From positions 58,650 to 122,649 of the forward strand of contig CALZUA010000002.1 of NCBI GenBank assembly GCA_945829235.1: DNA of 64,000 nucleotides. The letters are read 5' to 3'. A program made the translations under genes and the position numbers. The notes under the pieces were generated by a model. It was not told the DNA's origin, made no database searches, and was given only the letters and a program-made list of their open reading frames with translations. Shown piece after piece: positions 27,805 through 37,428 of the stretch (position 1 is the first letter of the stretch; the number at the start of each line of letters is the position of its first letter). Source of the DNA: an uncultured Clostridia bacterium (GTDB taxonomy: Bacteria; Bacillota; Clostridia; Oscillospirales; Ruminococcaceae).

Positions 27805-28499
27805 TAAAACGTGCGAAAAGTCCCGAGGAGCTGAAAAATCTCCCTGAAACGGGAGTTGAGGCTCTGAAAATCCGCTCACTTTTGTTGGCTTATGGGACAA
27901 ATTACGATTTCTGCCGCTTTTTCACTGCGAAAAATCTTGTTCTGGTGCAGCTTAACGGGGATTTTATCATAAGTAATTTCGGCGAAACCGATGTCGAGGA
28001 ATTATCGAAATTTCTCAATTTTAACGGTTTTTCGGAGATTTTTTGCTCGGAACAACTCGGGCAAGTTTTGGAGAATCGGCTTGATGTTACGCGGGAAAAT
28101 GTGAGTTTAATGCGGTTTGCGGGCGTTTCTGAGAAAAACGCGCTTGAAATTCTCAAGCCCGCCGAAGCATATCAAATAATAAAGACCGGCTTTGATTTTG
28201 AGTTCGAGCCGTGGTATCTTGATATGTCGCACCGCGTAAGGCACGGAGTTTCGCGGCTTTACGGGCTTGACGGCGCGGCGCTTGCGGTTCAGTACAACCT
28301 GAACGGTGAGGTGCTTATCTCACAGGTTGCAACAATTCCCGAACAACGCGGCAAAGGCTCAGCTTCGCGGCTTATTTCAGCGGTTTGCGCGGAACTGCAC
28401 GAGAGCGAGATTTTTGTGCTTTGTGAGGACAGACTGCTCGGATTTTACGAGAAAAACGTGTTTGTTCCTGAGAGCAAAAAATGTTGTTTAAGAAGATAA
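27801..28499 (+). CDS. hypothetical protein with C-terminal GNAT-like fold
   Basis: VATIPEQRGKGSASRLISAVCAEL resembles an acetyl-CoA binding loop. The start overlaps the preceding stop. Confidence 0.5.
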   Translation: MIKRAKSPEELKNLPETGVEALKIRSLLLAYGTNYDFCRFFTAKNLVLVQLNGDFIISNFGETDVEELSKFLNFNGFSEIFCSEQLGQVLENRLDVTRENVSLMRFAGVSEKNALEILKPAEAYQIIKTGFDFEFEPWYLDMSHRVRHGVSRLYGLDGAALAVQYNLNGEVLISQVATIPEQRGKGSASRLISAVCAELHESEIFVLCEDRLLGFYEKNVFVPESKKCCLRR

Positions 28500-28617
28500 T
28501 CCCTGATTTTTGTCGGGGATTTTTTGTTTATTTTATGAAAATTGATGTATAGATATTGACTAAATTATAAATATGTGGTACAATATATGTGTGTATTTAA
28601 AAATAAGGCGGTGCTTT

Positions 28618-29289
28618 ATGAGAAAAGGAAAATTGATAGTGCTTGACGGTCTGGACGGCTGTGGAAAATCAACTCAGCTTGACCTCGCGGCAAGCTTTCT
28701 TGCGGAATCGGGTTTAAAATGTCGTGCAATTAGTTTTCCGAACTATGAAACGCTCAGCGGACAGCTGGTTGAGTGCTACCTCAAAGGGATTATTCCGTGC
28801 GAGGGCAGAAACGGCGGCTATTCCGCGTCTACGCTGTACGCGGTTGACCGATATGTGAGCTATGTCACCGATTGGAAGGATTTTTACGAGAGCGGCGGGG
28901 TGATTATCGCGGGGCGCTACACAACCTCAAACGCGATTTATCAGCTTTCCAAAATGCCCCCGAGAGAGTACGGCGACTACCTGAACTGGCTGTTCGATTT
29001 CGAGTACAACAAGCTAGGGCTTCCCGAACCCGACGCGGTTATTTTCTTGGATATGCCGACGGAGGTTTCGCAAAAGCTCCTCAGCGCGCGCTATAACGGT
29101 GACGAGAGCAAAAAGGACATTCACGAGAGCAATATCGAGTTTTTGAACAAATGCCGCGAATGTGCCTTGTATTGCGCGGATATTTACTCGTGGATTGTTG
29201 TAAACTGCTCGGAAAACGGCTTGCCGTTGCCGATTGAAGATATATATTTGAAAATCTGCGAGCATTTAAGGACGATTTTGAATGTGTGA
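28618..29289 (+). CDS. tmk: thymidylate (dTMP) kinase family protein
   Basis: P-loop LDGLDGCGKSTQ and the FPNY..G..YL pattern. ATG 28618 follows the promoter TTGACT..TGgTACAAT. Confidence 0.75.
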   Translation: MRKGKLIVLDGLDGCGKSTQLDLAASFLAESGLKCRAISFPNYETLSGQLVECYLKGIIPCEGRNGGYSASTLYAVDRYVSYVTDWKDFYESGGVIIAGRYTTSNAIYQLSKMPPREYGDYLNWLFDFEYNKLGLPEPDAVIFLDMPTEVSQKLLSARYNGDESKKDIHESNIEFLNKCRECALYCADIYSWIVVNCSENGLPLPIEDIYLKICEHLRTILNV

Positions 29290-30166
29290 ACTAAAGTTTC
29301 GGAGAATTGAATTATCCGACAAAATCAGCGCCTGCGAGCTTTTGGAGAAATCGGGCTTTCGCGGGTGTGAATATACGTTTGGAAACAATTTTGTCTGGCG
29401 TGATGTTTATAAGGTTGAGGTTTGTTTTTTCGAGGAATTTTATTTCGTGAAACAGCTTGACGGCGAGAACACACGTTTCCTGTATCCTGCGGGCGCGGGA
29501 AGCGTTGAACGAGCGGTTGGACTTATAGCTGATTATTGTCGGGAAAACGGCTTGAAACCAAGGATTTTTGCCAACAAGGAGAAGGCTGCTGAAATCACGG
29601 CGCTTTTTCCCGATTATACTGCTGAGCCGATGAGGGATTTTTACGATTATGTGTACCTTGCGGACGACCTTGCAAATTTAAAGGGCAAAAAGTACCACGC
29701 AAAGCGTAATCATCTCAACCGATTTTATGAGAACAACTGGAGTTACGAGCCGATAACAGCCGATAATCTCGCCGAGTGTGCCGAGTTAAACGAGCGCTGG
29801 TGCGAGGAAAATCTTGATGTTGACGATAAAGGCAAGCTGGAAGAGCAGATTGTTGTTCATCAAAGTCTTGAGCATTATGAGGAACTCGGCTATTACGGTG
29901 GTTTAATACGCGTAGACAGCGTTGTCGAGGCGTTTTCTTTTGGTGAACGTTCGGCGGAGAATTGCTTTGTCGTTCACGTTGAAAAGGCAAGCCGTAAGTA
30001 TCAGGGCGCTTACGCCGCGATTAACCGCGAGCTTGTAAATTCGCTCGGCGGGAAATTTTTGTATATAAACCGCGAGGACGACGCGGGTTCGGATAATCTC
30101 CGAAAAGCAAAGCTGTCGTATTATCCAGCGTTTTTGGAAGAAAAATTTTGTGTTACACGGAGGTAA
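29282..30166 (+). CDS. DUF2156 (lysyl-PG synthase C-terminal-like, GNAT-fold) protein
   Basis: KGKKYHAKRNHLNRF motif and overall layout, recalled from that family. Confidence 0.65.
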   Translation: MCELKFRRIELSDKISACELLEKSGFRGCEYTFGNNFVWRDVYKVEVCFFEEFYFVKQLDGENTRFLYPAGAGSVERAVGLIADYCRENGLKPRIFANKEKAAEITALFPDYTAEPMRDFYDYVYLADDLANLKGKKYHAKRNHLNRFYENNWSYEPITADNLAECAELNERWCEENLDVDDKGKLEEQIVVHQSLEHYEELGYYGGLIRVDSVVEAFSFGERSAENCFVVHVEKASRKYQGAYAAINRELVNSLGGKFLYINREDDAGSDNLRKAKLSYYPAFLEEKFCVTRR

Positions 30167-30171
30167 TTTTT

Positions 30172-30717
30172 ATGATTTATGTATTCTTGGCAGAGGGTTT
30201 TGAGGAAACGGAGGCAATTGCGCCTATCGATATGTTGCGTCGCGCGAAATGCGACGTGGTAACGGTTGGCTTGACCAACGACAGCGCGAAAAGCTCTCAC
30301 GGGATTTTGGTTTTGTGCGATATGACGGATTTTCAGGTTGAGCTTGACGAGCGCCTTGAAATGATTGTACTGCCGGGGGGAACTTACGGCACGATGAACC
30401 TCGAAAAAAATCCCGTTGTTCAGGCAAGCATCGACTACTGCGTGAAAAACAACATTCCCATCGGGGCAATCTGCGCGGCTCCGTCTATTTTGGGCAAGAA
30501 AGGCTTACTCAAGGGCAAAAAGGCAACCGCGTTCCCCGATTATCGAAAGTATCTTGAGGGCGCCGAGATTGCCGATAAAAACGTTGTCACCGACGGTATT
30601 TTCACAACGGCAGCGGGCGCGGGAGTTTCCGTGGAGTTTGGTCTGGAGCTTGTCCGCGTGCTCAAGGGCGAGGAAGTTGCCAAGACAATTCACGATACAA
30701 TACAATGCGAGAACTGA
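30172..30717 (+). CDS. DJ-1/PfpI family protein
   Basis: Nucleophile elbow IGAICAAP, about 180 aa. ATG 30172 has a GGAGG SD. Confidence 0.85.
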   Translation: MIYVFLAEGFEETEAIAPIDMLRRAKCDVVTVGLTNDSAKSSHGILVLCDMTDFQVELDERLEMIVLPGGTYGTMNLEKNPVVQASIDYCVKNNIPIGAICAAPSILGKKGLLKGKKATAFPDYRKYLEGAEIADKNVVTDGIFTTAAGAGVSVEFGLELVRVLKGEEVAKTIHDTIQCEN

Positions 30718-31265
30718 AAAAGGCTCTGCGAAAAGAGCTGATAAGCCGCCGCAAAGCAATGGATTTAACCGAAAAAGTTCTTGCGGACGCGGATATTTTC
30801 GAGCAACTCAAACCGCTTGTCGATAAGGCGGGAGCGGTTTTCACATACGCGTCAACCGAAATTGAGGTTGATACAAGAAGGCTGATTGATTATTGCCTTG
30901 CGAGAAAAATCCCTGTTGCCTTGCCCGTGAGCGGAGATGAGGAGCTTGAGTTCTTCTTCATCAACAGCACGGACGAGCTTCAAAAGGGGCGATACAATAT
31001 CGATGAGCCGCCGCAAAATCACCCCGCAAAACCCGATAAAGACACGCTTTGCATTGTCCCCGCGCTTTGTGCCGATGGGGAAGGCTTGAGGCTGGGTTAC
31101 GGCAAGGGTTATTACGACAGGTTTCTGCGGAATTTCACGGGAATTTCCGCGATAATCTGCTATGATTCTTTCAAGCGGGAGGTTCCCGCAGAACCGTACG
31201 ATGTAAGAGCTGATTATACTTTTTTTAACAGAAAGACGGTAAATAATGGACGAAAAAAATCTTAA
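30705..31265 (+). CDS. 5-formyltetrahydrofolate cyclo-ligase
   Basis: LRKELISRR.. N-terminus and RLGYGKGYYDRFL motif. Confidence 0.8.
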   Translation: MRELKKALRKELISRRKAMDLTEKVLADADIFEQLKPLVDKAGAVFTYASTEIEVDTRRLIDYCLARKIPVALPVSGDEELEFFFINSTDELQKGRYNIDEPPQNHPAKPDKDTLCIVPALCADGEGLRLGYGKGYYDRFLRNFTGISAIICYDSFKREVPAEPYDVRADYTFFNRKTVNNGRKKS

Positions 31266-32676
31266 CGAAAACGAAAATAACGAAGATTTCGCGGAGGAAG
31301 ACCTCGGCAAAACCCAAGAAATCGACAGCCTTTTTCGTGAAAACGACTCGCGTTCCATAACGCCGCGGGACGAGTTCACCGAGCTTAATTCCGCCGATGA
31401 TATGTCGAAAACGTTGCTTATGGACTCGATGCCGGGGGATAATGCGCCCGCGGTTCCCGAGGAGGATTACATTCCCGCGGAAAACGAGGTTAAGCGCCGC
31501 AAAAAGAAGCACAAGCACCAAATAAACCACGTTCGTACAATGGGACAGGTTTTTCTCGGTGTGGTAATTTCGGTTGCATCAATGGCGCTGGGTGTTGTTT
31601 TGTCAATTAACGTGATAAAGGCACTGCGCGATATCACGGGTATGGCAAAGCCCATAAAAGAGGCGGAAATTGAGATAACCGGCGAAATGAGCGTTGATGA
31701 AATCGTTGATTCTCTGCACAAGGGCGGGGTTATCGAAGTGCCGTCGCTGATGAAAATGTATATAAATATGACCGACAAAAAGGACTCGGAGGATTACCGA
31801 CCGTTCCTTGAGGGCACTTACACGGTCTATTCAAATATGTCGTACAGCAACATTATCGACACGCTGAAAACCAAAAAGACTTACACGGAAACCGTTACTG
31901 TGCTTATCCCCGAGGGCATCACGGCGCTTGAAATCGGGCAAATTCTCGAGGAGAATTACGTCTGCCGCGCTGTTGATTTTGAGAAATACTATAAGAGCAA
32001 GCTCAATAAATTCGATTTTGAGGAGCAAATTGAGGATAATCCTTACCGTTTGAATATGCTGGAGGGCTATCTGTTCCCCGATACCTACGAATTTTATGTT
32101 ATCGATGACCTGAAGAAAAATCCGAATTTTGATACAACCGATTACGCAAAACAGGTTGCCGAAACAATGTACAAGAACTTTGAGAGCAAGATTACCAAGA
32201 GTATGAAGGCTCGTATGAAGGAGCTTGGAATGACGCTTGACGAGGTTGTAAGACTTGCTTCTATCGTACAGTGGGAAGGTAACGACGAGGACAACTGGGC
32301 GAAAATTTCCTCTGTTTTTCACAACCGTCTGAACGACCCCGAGGTTTTCCCGAAATTGGAGTCTGATGCTACCGATACCTATATCGACATGTGCATTAAA
32401 CCCAAGACCACCTCGTCAAACAAGGAAAAAATGCAGGCAATTGAGGAAGCATACGACACCTACAATTGCGTGGGACTTCCTGCGGGCGCTATCTGCAACC
32501 CCGGTCTTGACACGATTAACGCGGTGCTTTATCCCGCAGAAACCAGCTATTATTACTTCCTTGCAAGCAAAGAGGGCAACTTCTACTACGCGAAGACTCA
32601 AGAACAGCACGAACAGAACATTATCGACGCGGGACTTGAGCCGCCCGAACAATCCAACGGAGGAGAATCGCAGTGA
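31246..32676 (+). CDS. mltG: endolytic murein transglycosylase MltG (YceG-like) with long acidic N-terminal extension
   Basis: TM helix then YceG domain, with EGYLFPDTYEF and ASIVQWE motifs. Confidence 0.85.
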   Translation: MDEKNLNENENNEDFAEEDLGKTQEIDSLFRENDSRSITPRDEFTELNSADDMSKTLLMDSMPGDNAPAVPEEDYIPAENEVKRRKKKHKHQINHVRTMGQVFLGVVISVASMALGVVLSINVIKALRDITGMAKPIKEAEIEITGEMSVDEIVDSLHKGGVIEVPSLMKMYINMTDKKDSEDYRPFLEGTYTVYSNMSYSNIIDTLKTKKTYTETVTVLIPEGITALEIGQILEENYVCRAVDFEKYYKSKLNKFDFEEQIEDNPYRLNMLEGYLFPDTYEFYVIDDLKKNPNFDTTDYAKQVAETMYKNFESKITKSMKARMKELGMTLDEVVRLASIVQWEGNDEDNWAKISSVFHNRLNDPEVFPKLESDATDTYIDMCIKPKTTSSNKEKMQAIEEAYDTYNCVGLPAGAICNPGLDTINAVLYPAETSYYYFLASKEGNFYYAKTQEQHEQNIIDAGLEPPEQSNGGESQ

Positions 32677-33920
32677 TTAGAAAACCCGAGCTTCTTGCTC
32701 CCGCGGGCGATGAGGAAAGCCTGCTTTGCGCGCTAGATTACGGCGCGGACGCGGTTTATCTTGCCGGAAAAACCTTCGGTATGAGAGCCGCCGCAAAGAA
32801 TTTTGATGAAGAAGGACTTGTTTGGGCTGTGCAGACCGCGCACGAAAAAGGCGCAAAGGTCTACATTACCTGCAACATTGTCCCAAATAACAATGAAGCC
32901 GATGCTTTTCCCGAGTTTATAAAAAAGGTGGAAAAAGCGGGAGTTGACGCGGTTATTGCGGCTGATATCGGAGTTATCTCGATGATAAAAGAGTACGCGC
33001 CGAATATGGAAATCCACGCGTCAACTCAAACAGGTGTCGTGAATTACAGGACTGCTCTTGAGCTGTATAAAATGGGCGTAAAACGCGTGGTTTTGGCGCG
33101 TGAGGTTGACCTTGAGAACATAAAAATCATCAGAGAGAAAATCCCCGATGATATGGAAATCGAGGTCTTTGTTCACGGGGCAATGTGCGTTTCGTTTTCG
33201 GGAAGGTGCCTTATCTCCGAGTATCTGACGGGGAGAAACGCAAACCGCGGTCAATGCGCGCAGTCTTGCCGCTGGGAATATTACCTTATGGAGCAGAAGC
33301 GTCCCGGAGAGTTTTACAAGGTGTTCGAGGACGAGCGCGGTTCGTTTATACTGAACGCGCGCGATATGTGTATGATTGAGCATCTTGACGACCTCATAAA
33401 AGCGGGTGTATCCAGCTTCAAAATCGAGGGCAGAGCAAAGTCTGCGTATTACACGGCGCTCACCACAAACGCTTACCGAGCGGCTTTGGACAGCGTTTTA
33501 AAGGGCGAAAATCCACCCGCGTGGGCAATTTCCGAGGTTGACAAAATCAGCCACCGTCCTTATTGCACGGGTTTTTTCTACGGTTCACCGCAAGCGGGAA
33601 GCGGCACGCAAAATCCCGAAGTTACCACAAACGGCGGGCAGTATTTCGCGGACAGCAACTATGTGAGGAAATACGATTTCTGCGCGGCTGTTGACTACTG
33701 CGAAAACGGCGTTATGCACCTCACCGTGAGGAATTTCTTCACGCTCAACGATGAACTTGAGCTGGTAATTCCTCATCAAGAGCCGATAAAATTTGCTCCG
33801 AAAACAATGTTCGGTGAAAATGGCGAAGAAATTGACACGGCACGTCACGCTATGGAAAAAATCACGATTTTGACGGATATCAGCGCGCCGGCGCGTTCTC
33901 TTATAAGAAAAAAGATTTAG
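32673..33920 (+). CDS. peptidase U32 family protein
   Basis: ELLAPAG..AVYLAGK..GMRA N-terminus and E..VHGAMC.S.SGRC motif. Confidence 0.85.
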   Translation: MIRKPELLAPAGDEESLLCALDYGADAVYLAGKTFGMRAAAKNFDEEGLVWAVQTAHEKGAKVYITCNIVPNNNEADAFPEFIKKVEKAGVDAVIAADIGVISMIKEYAPNMEIHASTQTGVVNYRTALELYKMGVKRVVLAREVDLENIKIIREKIPDDMEIEVFVHGAMCVSFSGRCLISEYLTGRNANRGQCAQSCRWEYYLMEQKRPGEFYKVFEDERGSFILNARDMCMIEHLDDLIKAGVSSFKIEGRAKSAYYTALTTNAYRAALDSVLKGENPPAWAISEVDKISHRPYCTGFFYGSPQAGSGTQNPEVTTNGGQYFADSNYVRKYDFCAAVDYCENGVMHLTVRNFFTLNDELELVIPHQEPIKFAPKTMFGENGEEIDTARHAMEKITILTDISAPARSLIRKKI

Positions 33921-33935
33921 ATTAAGGAGAAGATT

Positions 33936-36755
33936 ATGCCGAAATATAAATTTCAGGATACCTCGCTTTCCGTTGATGAGCGCGTAAATGCGCTGTTGGA
34001 GGAGCTTACTCTTGATGAAAAGCTGTTGCTTATCACAACATATCAGAGGGAAATCCCGCGGCTTGGCATAAAAGCCTTTCCGATTGGTTCGGAAGCGGCG
34101 AGAGGTCTGCTTGTAAGGCGTGACGAAAACGATGCGAATTGCCCCGAGTCGCCGACAACCGTTTTCCCCGAGCCTTTCAGCGTTTCGGCAACCTTTGACG
34201 CGGGGCTTATGGAGGAAATAGGTGCAATCGCGGCAACCGAGGCGCGTATCTACAACAAGGAAGGCAAGTCCACGCTTTGTCTTTGGGCACCGACCGTTGA
34301 CCTTGAGCGCGACCCGCGTTGGGGAAGAAACGAGGAGGGCTACGGCGAAGACCCGATGCTTACGGGAAGAATGGCGGCGGCTCTCACAAAGGGAATGCTC
34401 GGAAACGACGAGAAATATTATCGCGTAATCCCAACCCTGAAGCACTTCTACGCCAACAATAACGAAGAGGACAGAAGTGCTGACAATTCGTCAATCCCAA
34501 CTGTTTTGAAGCACGATTATTATCTGAAAGCGTTTGAGCAACCCTTGAAAAACGGCGGTGCAAGGAGCATTATGACCGCTTACAATATGGTAAACGGCGT
34601 TGAGGCGATTTGCAATCCCGAGGTTACCACGCTTTGCAAAAACGAGTGGGGAATGTTGTTTGCGGTAGCTGACGGCGGCGATTTTGCCGAAAACGTTACC
34701 CGCCACAGAACCGACCTTTCCCACACGGAAACCATTGTAAGAATTATCAAAAACGGCGGCGTTGATATCATAACCGAGCATCAGGATGTTGTTGAAACTG
34801 CCGCGCGAAACGCACTTGCCCAAAAGCTGATTACCGAAAGCAATATTGATAAATCGCTGTTTGGTGCGTTAAAGGCGCGTTTTCTGCTTGGTGAATTTGA
34901 CGATGACTGCCCGTATGACAAGGTTGACAAAAAACTGTTGCTTTGCGACAATTATCGCAAAACTGCCGCAAAGGCTTGCGAGGAGTCGATAATTCTTCTC
35001 CGAAACCGTCACATGACGCTTCCTCTGCGTGAGAGGGAAAAAATTGCGGTTATCGGACTGCACAGCGATATGAATTTCCGTGACTGGTACACGGGATATT
35101 CCGATAAAAATCCGACAATTCTGGACGGAATTATCGCGAAAGTTGGACGCGAAAACGTTACTTATGAAATGGGCAACGACATTATCGCCATCAGAAACGG
35201 TGAAACGGGATTTTATTTCTCGGTTGCCGAGGACGGTACATTTGCGTGCGATTCCGCGACAATCAACGAGAGCTGTCTGCTGGAGGTCTTTGATTGGGGC
35301 AACGGCGATGTTTCGTTCAAGTCAAAGTTCAATGGGAAATTCCTTTGTGACTGCGGAGCCGCTTCGGATAACGGCGTTATGAAATGCGTTTCCGACGAGC
35401 CTTACGGCTGGTTTGTGAAGGAAAAGTTTACTGTTGAAAAGTGCGATAAAGAGTGCCGCCTGAAAAATTGGCAGGGAAGATATCTTTTCATCAACGAGGA
35501 CGGACAGGTTGAGATTACCGATAGAATCAAGCCCAAAGTCAACTCAATGTTCAGCGTGGAGCTGTTTTCATCGGGCTTTGACCGCGTGAGAAAGGCTGTA
35601 ACCGAAGCGCACAATGTCCTGCTGGTTCTCGGAAATAACCCGCTTATCGGTGCCAGAGAGAATTACGACAGAAAGACGCTGAACGTGACGGAGCGCCAGC
35701 AAAAGCTGTCGGATTTGGTGATTTCGCTTAACGAAAACGCCGTGCTTTTGTTTGTTTCGGGATATCCTTATGCGGTTGACAAGCGCTTCAACTCGGTTCT
35801 TCACACCGGTCACAACGGTCCCGAAATGGGAACAGCTGTTGCTAAGGTTTTGTTCGGAGAAATATCACCGGCAGGTCGTTGCCCGATGACTTGGTATTCG
35901 TCCGAAAACGAGCTTGGAAGCATAAAGGATTACAATATTATCCGAACCGAAAGTACCTACCGCTACTATCGCGGCGAGCCTGTTTTCCCGTTCGGTCACG
36001 GCTTGAGCTACACCGCATTCCGTTACAGCGCGCTGAAGCTCAACAAAAAATGCTTTGAGCCGAACGAGCGCTGTGAGGTTACTTTTGAGGTAAGAAATAT
36101 CGGAAATTTCGACTCGGACGAGGTTGTACAGCTATATGTGAAGGCCCCTGAGTTTTCGAGCGCGGTTCCGATAAAGGAGCTGAAAGCGTTCAGGCGAGTT
36201 TTTGTGCCGTCGGAAAAAGCTGTTCCGATGACGCTCTCGTTTGATATCGCAGACCTTGCGCTGTGGGATTTGAACAAAAACTGCCGGACGGTTTTTGCGG
36301 GTACTTATGAAATTCAAGTGGGTTCGTCTTCGGAGGAAATCTTGAGAACGGTTGAAATCAAGGTTCACGGCGAGAACTATCAGGGGCTTGATATAAGACA
36401 GTCTGTTCCCGCGACAGCTTCTTGGGAATATGTGGGAATTGAGTTCCTCACGGACAAACTGCTCAATGAATACGCGCTGTTAGCTGACTCGCAAAGCTCG
36501 ATTTCATTTGAAAACTGCGCGATGAAGGGCGAGAAAAACGTTGAGATTATCGTTTCAAATCCGGCAACAAAAACAAAGGTTTTGGTTCTGGAAGCTGACA
36601 AGAACGAAATTCTCGCTGAAATTGAGGTTCCGACAACCGGTAGCTTGTCAAATTTCACGGCATTTACCGCGAAAATGAACGCGATTTCGGGTAAACACAA
36701 ACTGAAAATCAAGGCGGGCGGCATTATGTCGCTGAAATCATTCAGACTGTTTTGA
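33936..36755 (+). CDS. glycoside hydrolase family 3 enzyme (939 aa) with inserted beta-trefoil-like module and C-terminal CBM-like domain
   Basis: GH3 N-domain (DPRWGRNEEGYGEDP), alpha/beta sandwich and Fn3-like domain (FGHGLSYT). There is an extra segment of about 140 aa at 35160..35580 and a C-terminal tail of about 150 aa. Confidence 0.85.
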   Translation: MPKYKFQDTSLSVDERVNALLEELTLDEKLLLITTYQREIPRLGIKAFPIGSEAARGLLVRRDENDANCPESPTTVFPEPFSVSATFDAGLMEEIGAIAATEARIYNKEGKSTLCLWAPTVDLERDPRWGRNEEGYGEDPMLTGRMAAALTKGMLGNDEKYYRVIPTLKHFYANNNEEDRSADNSSIPTVLKHDYYLKAFEQPLKNGGARSIMTAYNMVNGVEAICNPEVTTLCKNEWGMLFAVADGGDFAENVTRHRTDLSHTETIVRIIKNGGVDIITEHQDVVETAARNALAQKLITESNIDKSLFGALKARFLLGEFDDDCPYDKVDKKLLLCDNYRKTAAKACEESIILLRNRHMTLPLREREKIAVIGLHSDMNFRDWYTGYSDKNPTILDGIIAKVGRENVTYEMGNDIIAIRNGETGFYFSVAEDGTFACDSATINESCLLEVFDWGNGDVSFKSKFNGKFLCDCGAASDNGVMKCVSDEPYGWFVKEKFTVEKCDKECRLKNWQGRYLFINEDGQVEITDRIKPKVNSMFSVELFSSGFDRVRKAVTEAHNVLLVLGNNPLIGARENYDRKTLNVTERQQKLSDLVISLNENAVLLFVSGYPYAVDKRFNSVLHTGHNGPEMGTAVAKVLFGEISPAGRCPMTWYSSENELGSIKDYNIIRTESTYRYYRGEPVFPFGHGLSYTAFRYSALKLNKKCFEPNERCEVTFEVRNIGNFDSDEVVQLYVKAPEFSSAVPIKELKAFRRVFVPSEKAVPMTLSFDIADLALWDLNKNCRTVFAGTYEIQVGSSSEEILRTVEIKVHGENYQGLDIRQSVPATASWEYVGIEFLTDKLLNEYALLADSQSSISFENCAMKGEKNVEIIVSNPATKTKVLVLEADKNEILAEIEVPTTGSLSNFTAFTAKMNAISGKHKLKIKAGGIMSLKSFRLF

Positions 36756-36764
36756 GGTAGAATT

Positions 36765-37415
36765 ATGAACAATTCCGAGATTTTTCCGCATATTGACCAC
36801 ACTTTACTTAAACCAACGGCAACAAAAGTCGAAATTGACGCGCTTTGCCAAGAGGCGATGATATATAAAACCGCGTCGGTTTGCATTCCGGCGTGTTATG
36901 TGGAGTACGCGGCAATCAGCTTTCCTGAGCTGAATATCTGCACGGTTGTCGGCTTTCCGCTCGGTTACTCGACAACCGCTATAAAATGCTCCGAGGCTGT
37001 CGGCGCAATCAACAGCGGTGCTTCTGAAATCGATATGGTGGTTAACCTTACCGATGTGAAAAACGGGAATTTTGACGCGGTTAAAAGTGAGATAAAGGCG
37101 CTGAAATACGTCTGTGGGCAGAAGATTTTGAAGGTAATTGTCGAAACCTGTTATCTCACCGAGGAAGAAAAAATCAAGCTCTGCGAGTGCGTGACCGAGG
37201 CTGGCGCGGATTATATCAAGACGTCCACGGGTTTTGGCACGGCGGGCGCGGATATCGAGGATATTCGTCTGTTCAAGAAGCACATCGGCAAGAATGTGAA
37301 AATCAAGGCGGCGGGCGGAATTAAGACAAAAGAACAACTTGAGCTGTTCTTGAACGAGGGTTGCGACAGGATTGGCACAAGCTCGGCTGTTAAACTGTTG
37401 ACGAGCGGTAAATAA
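36765..37415 (+). CDS. deoC: deoxyribose-phosphate aldolase
   Basis: IDHTLLKP and Schiff-base lysine region DYIKTSTGF. Confidence 0.9.
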   Translation: MNNSEIFPHIDHTLLKPTATKVEIDALCQEAMIYKTASVCIPACYVEYAAISFPELNICTVVGFPLGYSTTAIKCSEAVGAINSGASEIDMVVNLTDVKNGNFDAVKSEIKALKYVCGQKILKVIVETCYLTEEEKIKLCECVTEAGADYIKTSTGFGTAGADIEDIRLFKKHIGKNVKIKAAGGIKTKEQLELFLNEGCDRIGTSSAVKLLTSGK

Positions 37416-37428
37416 GAGGGTGATTGAA

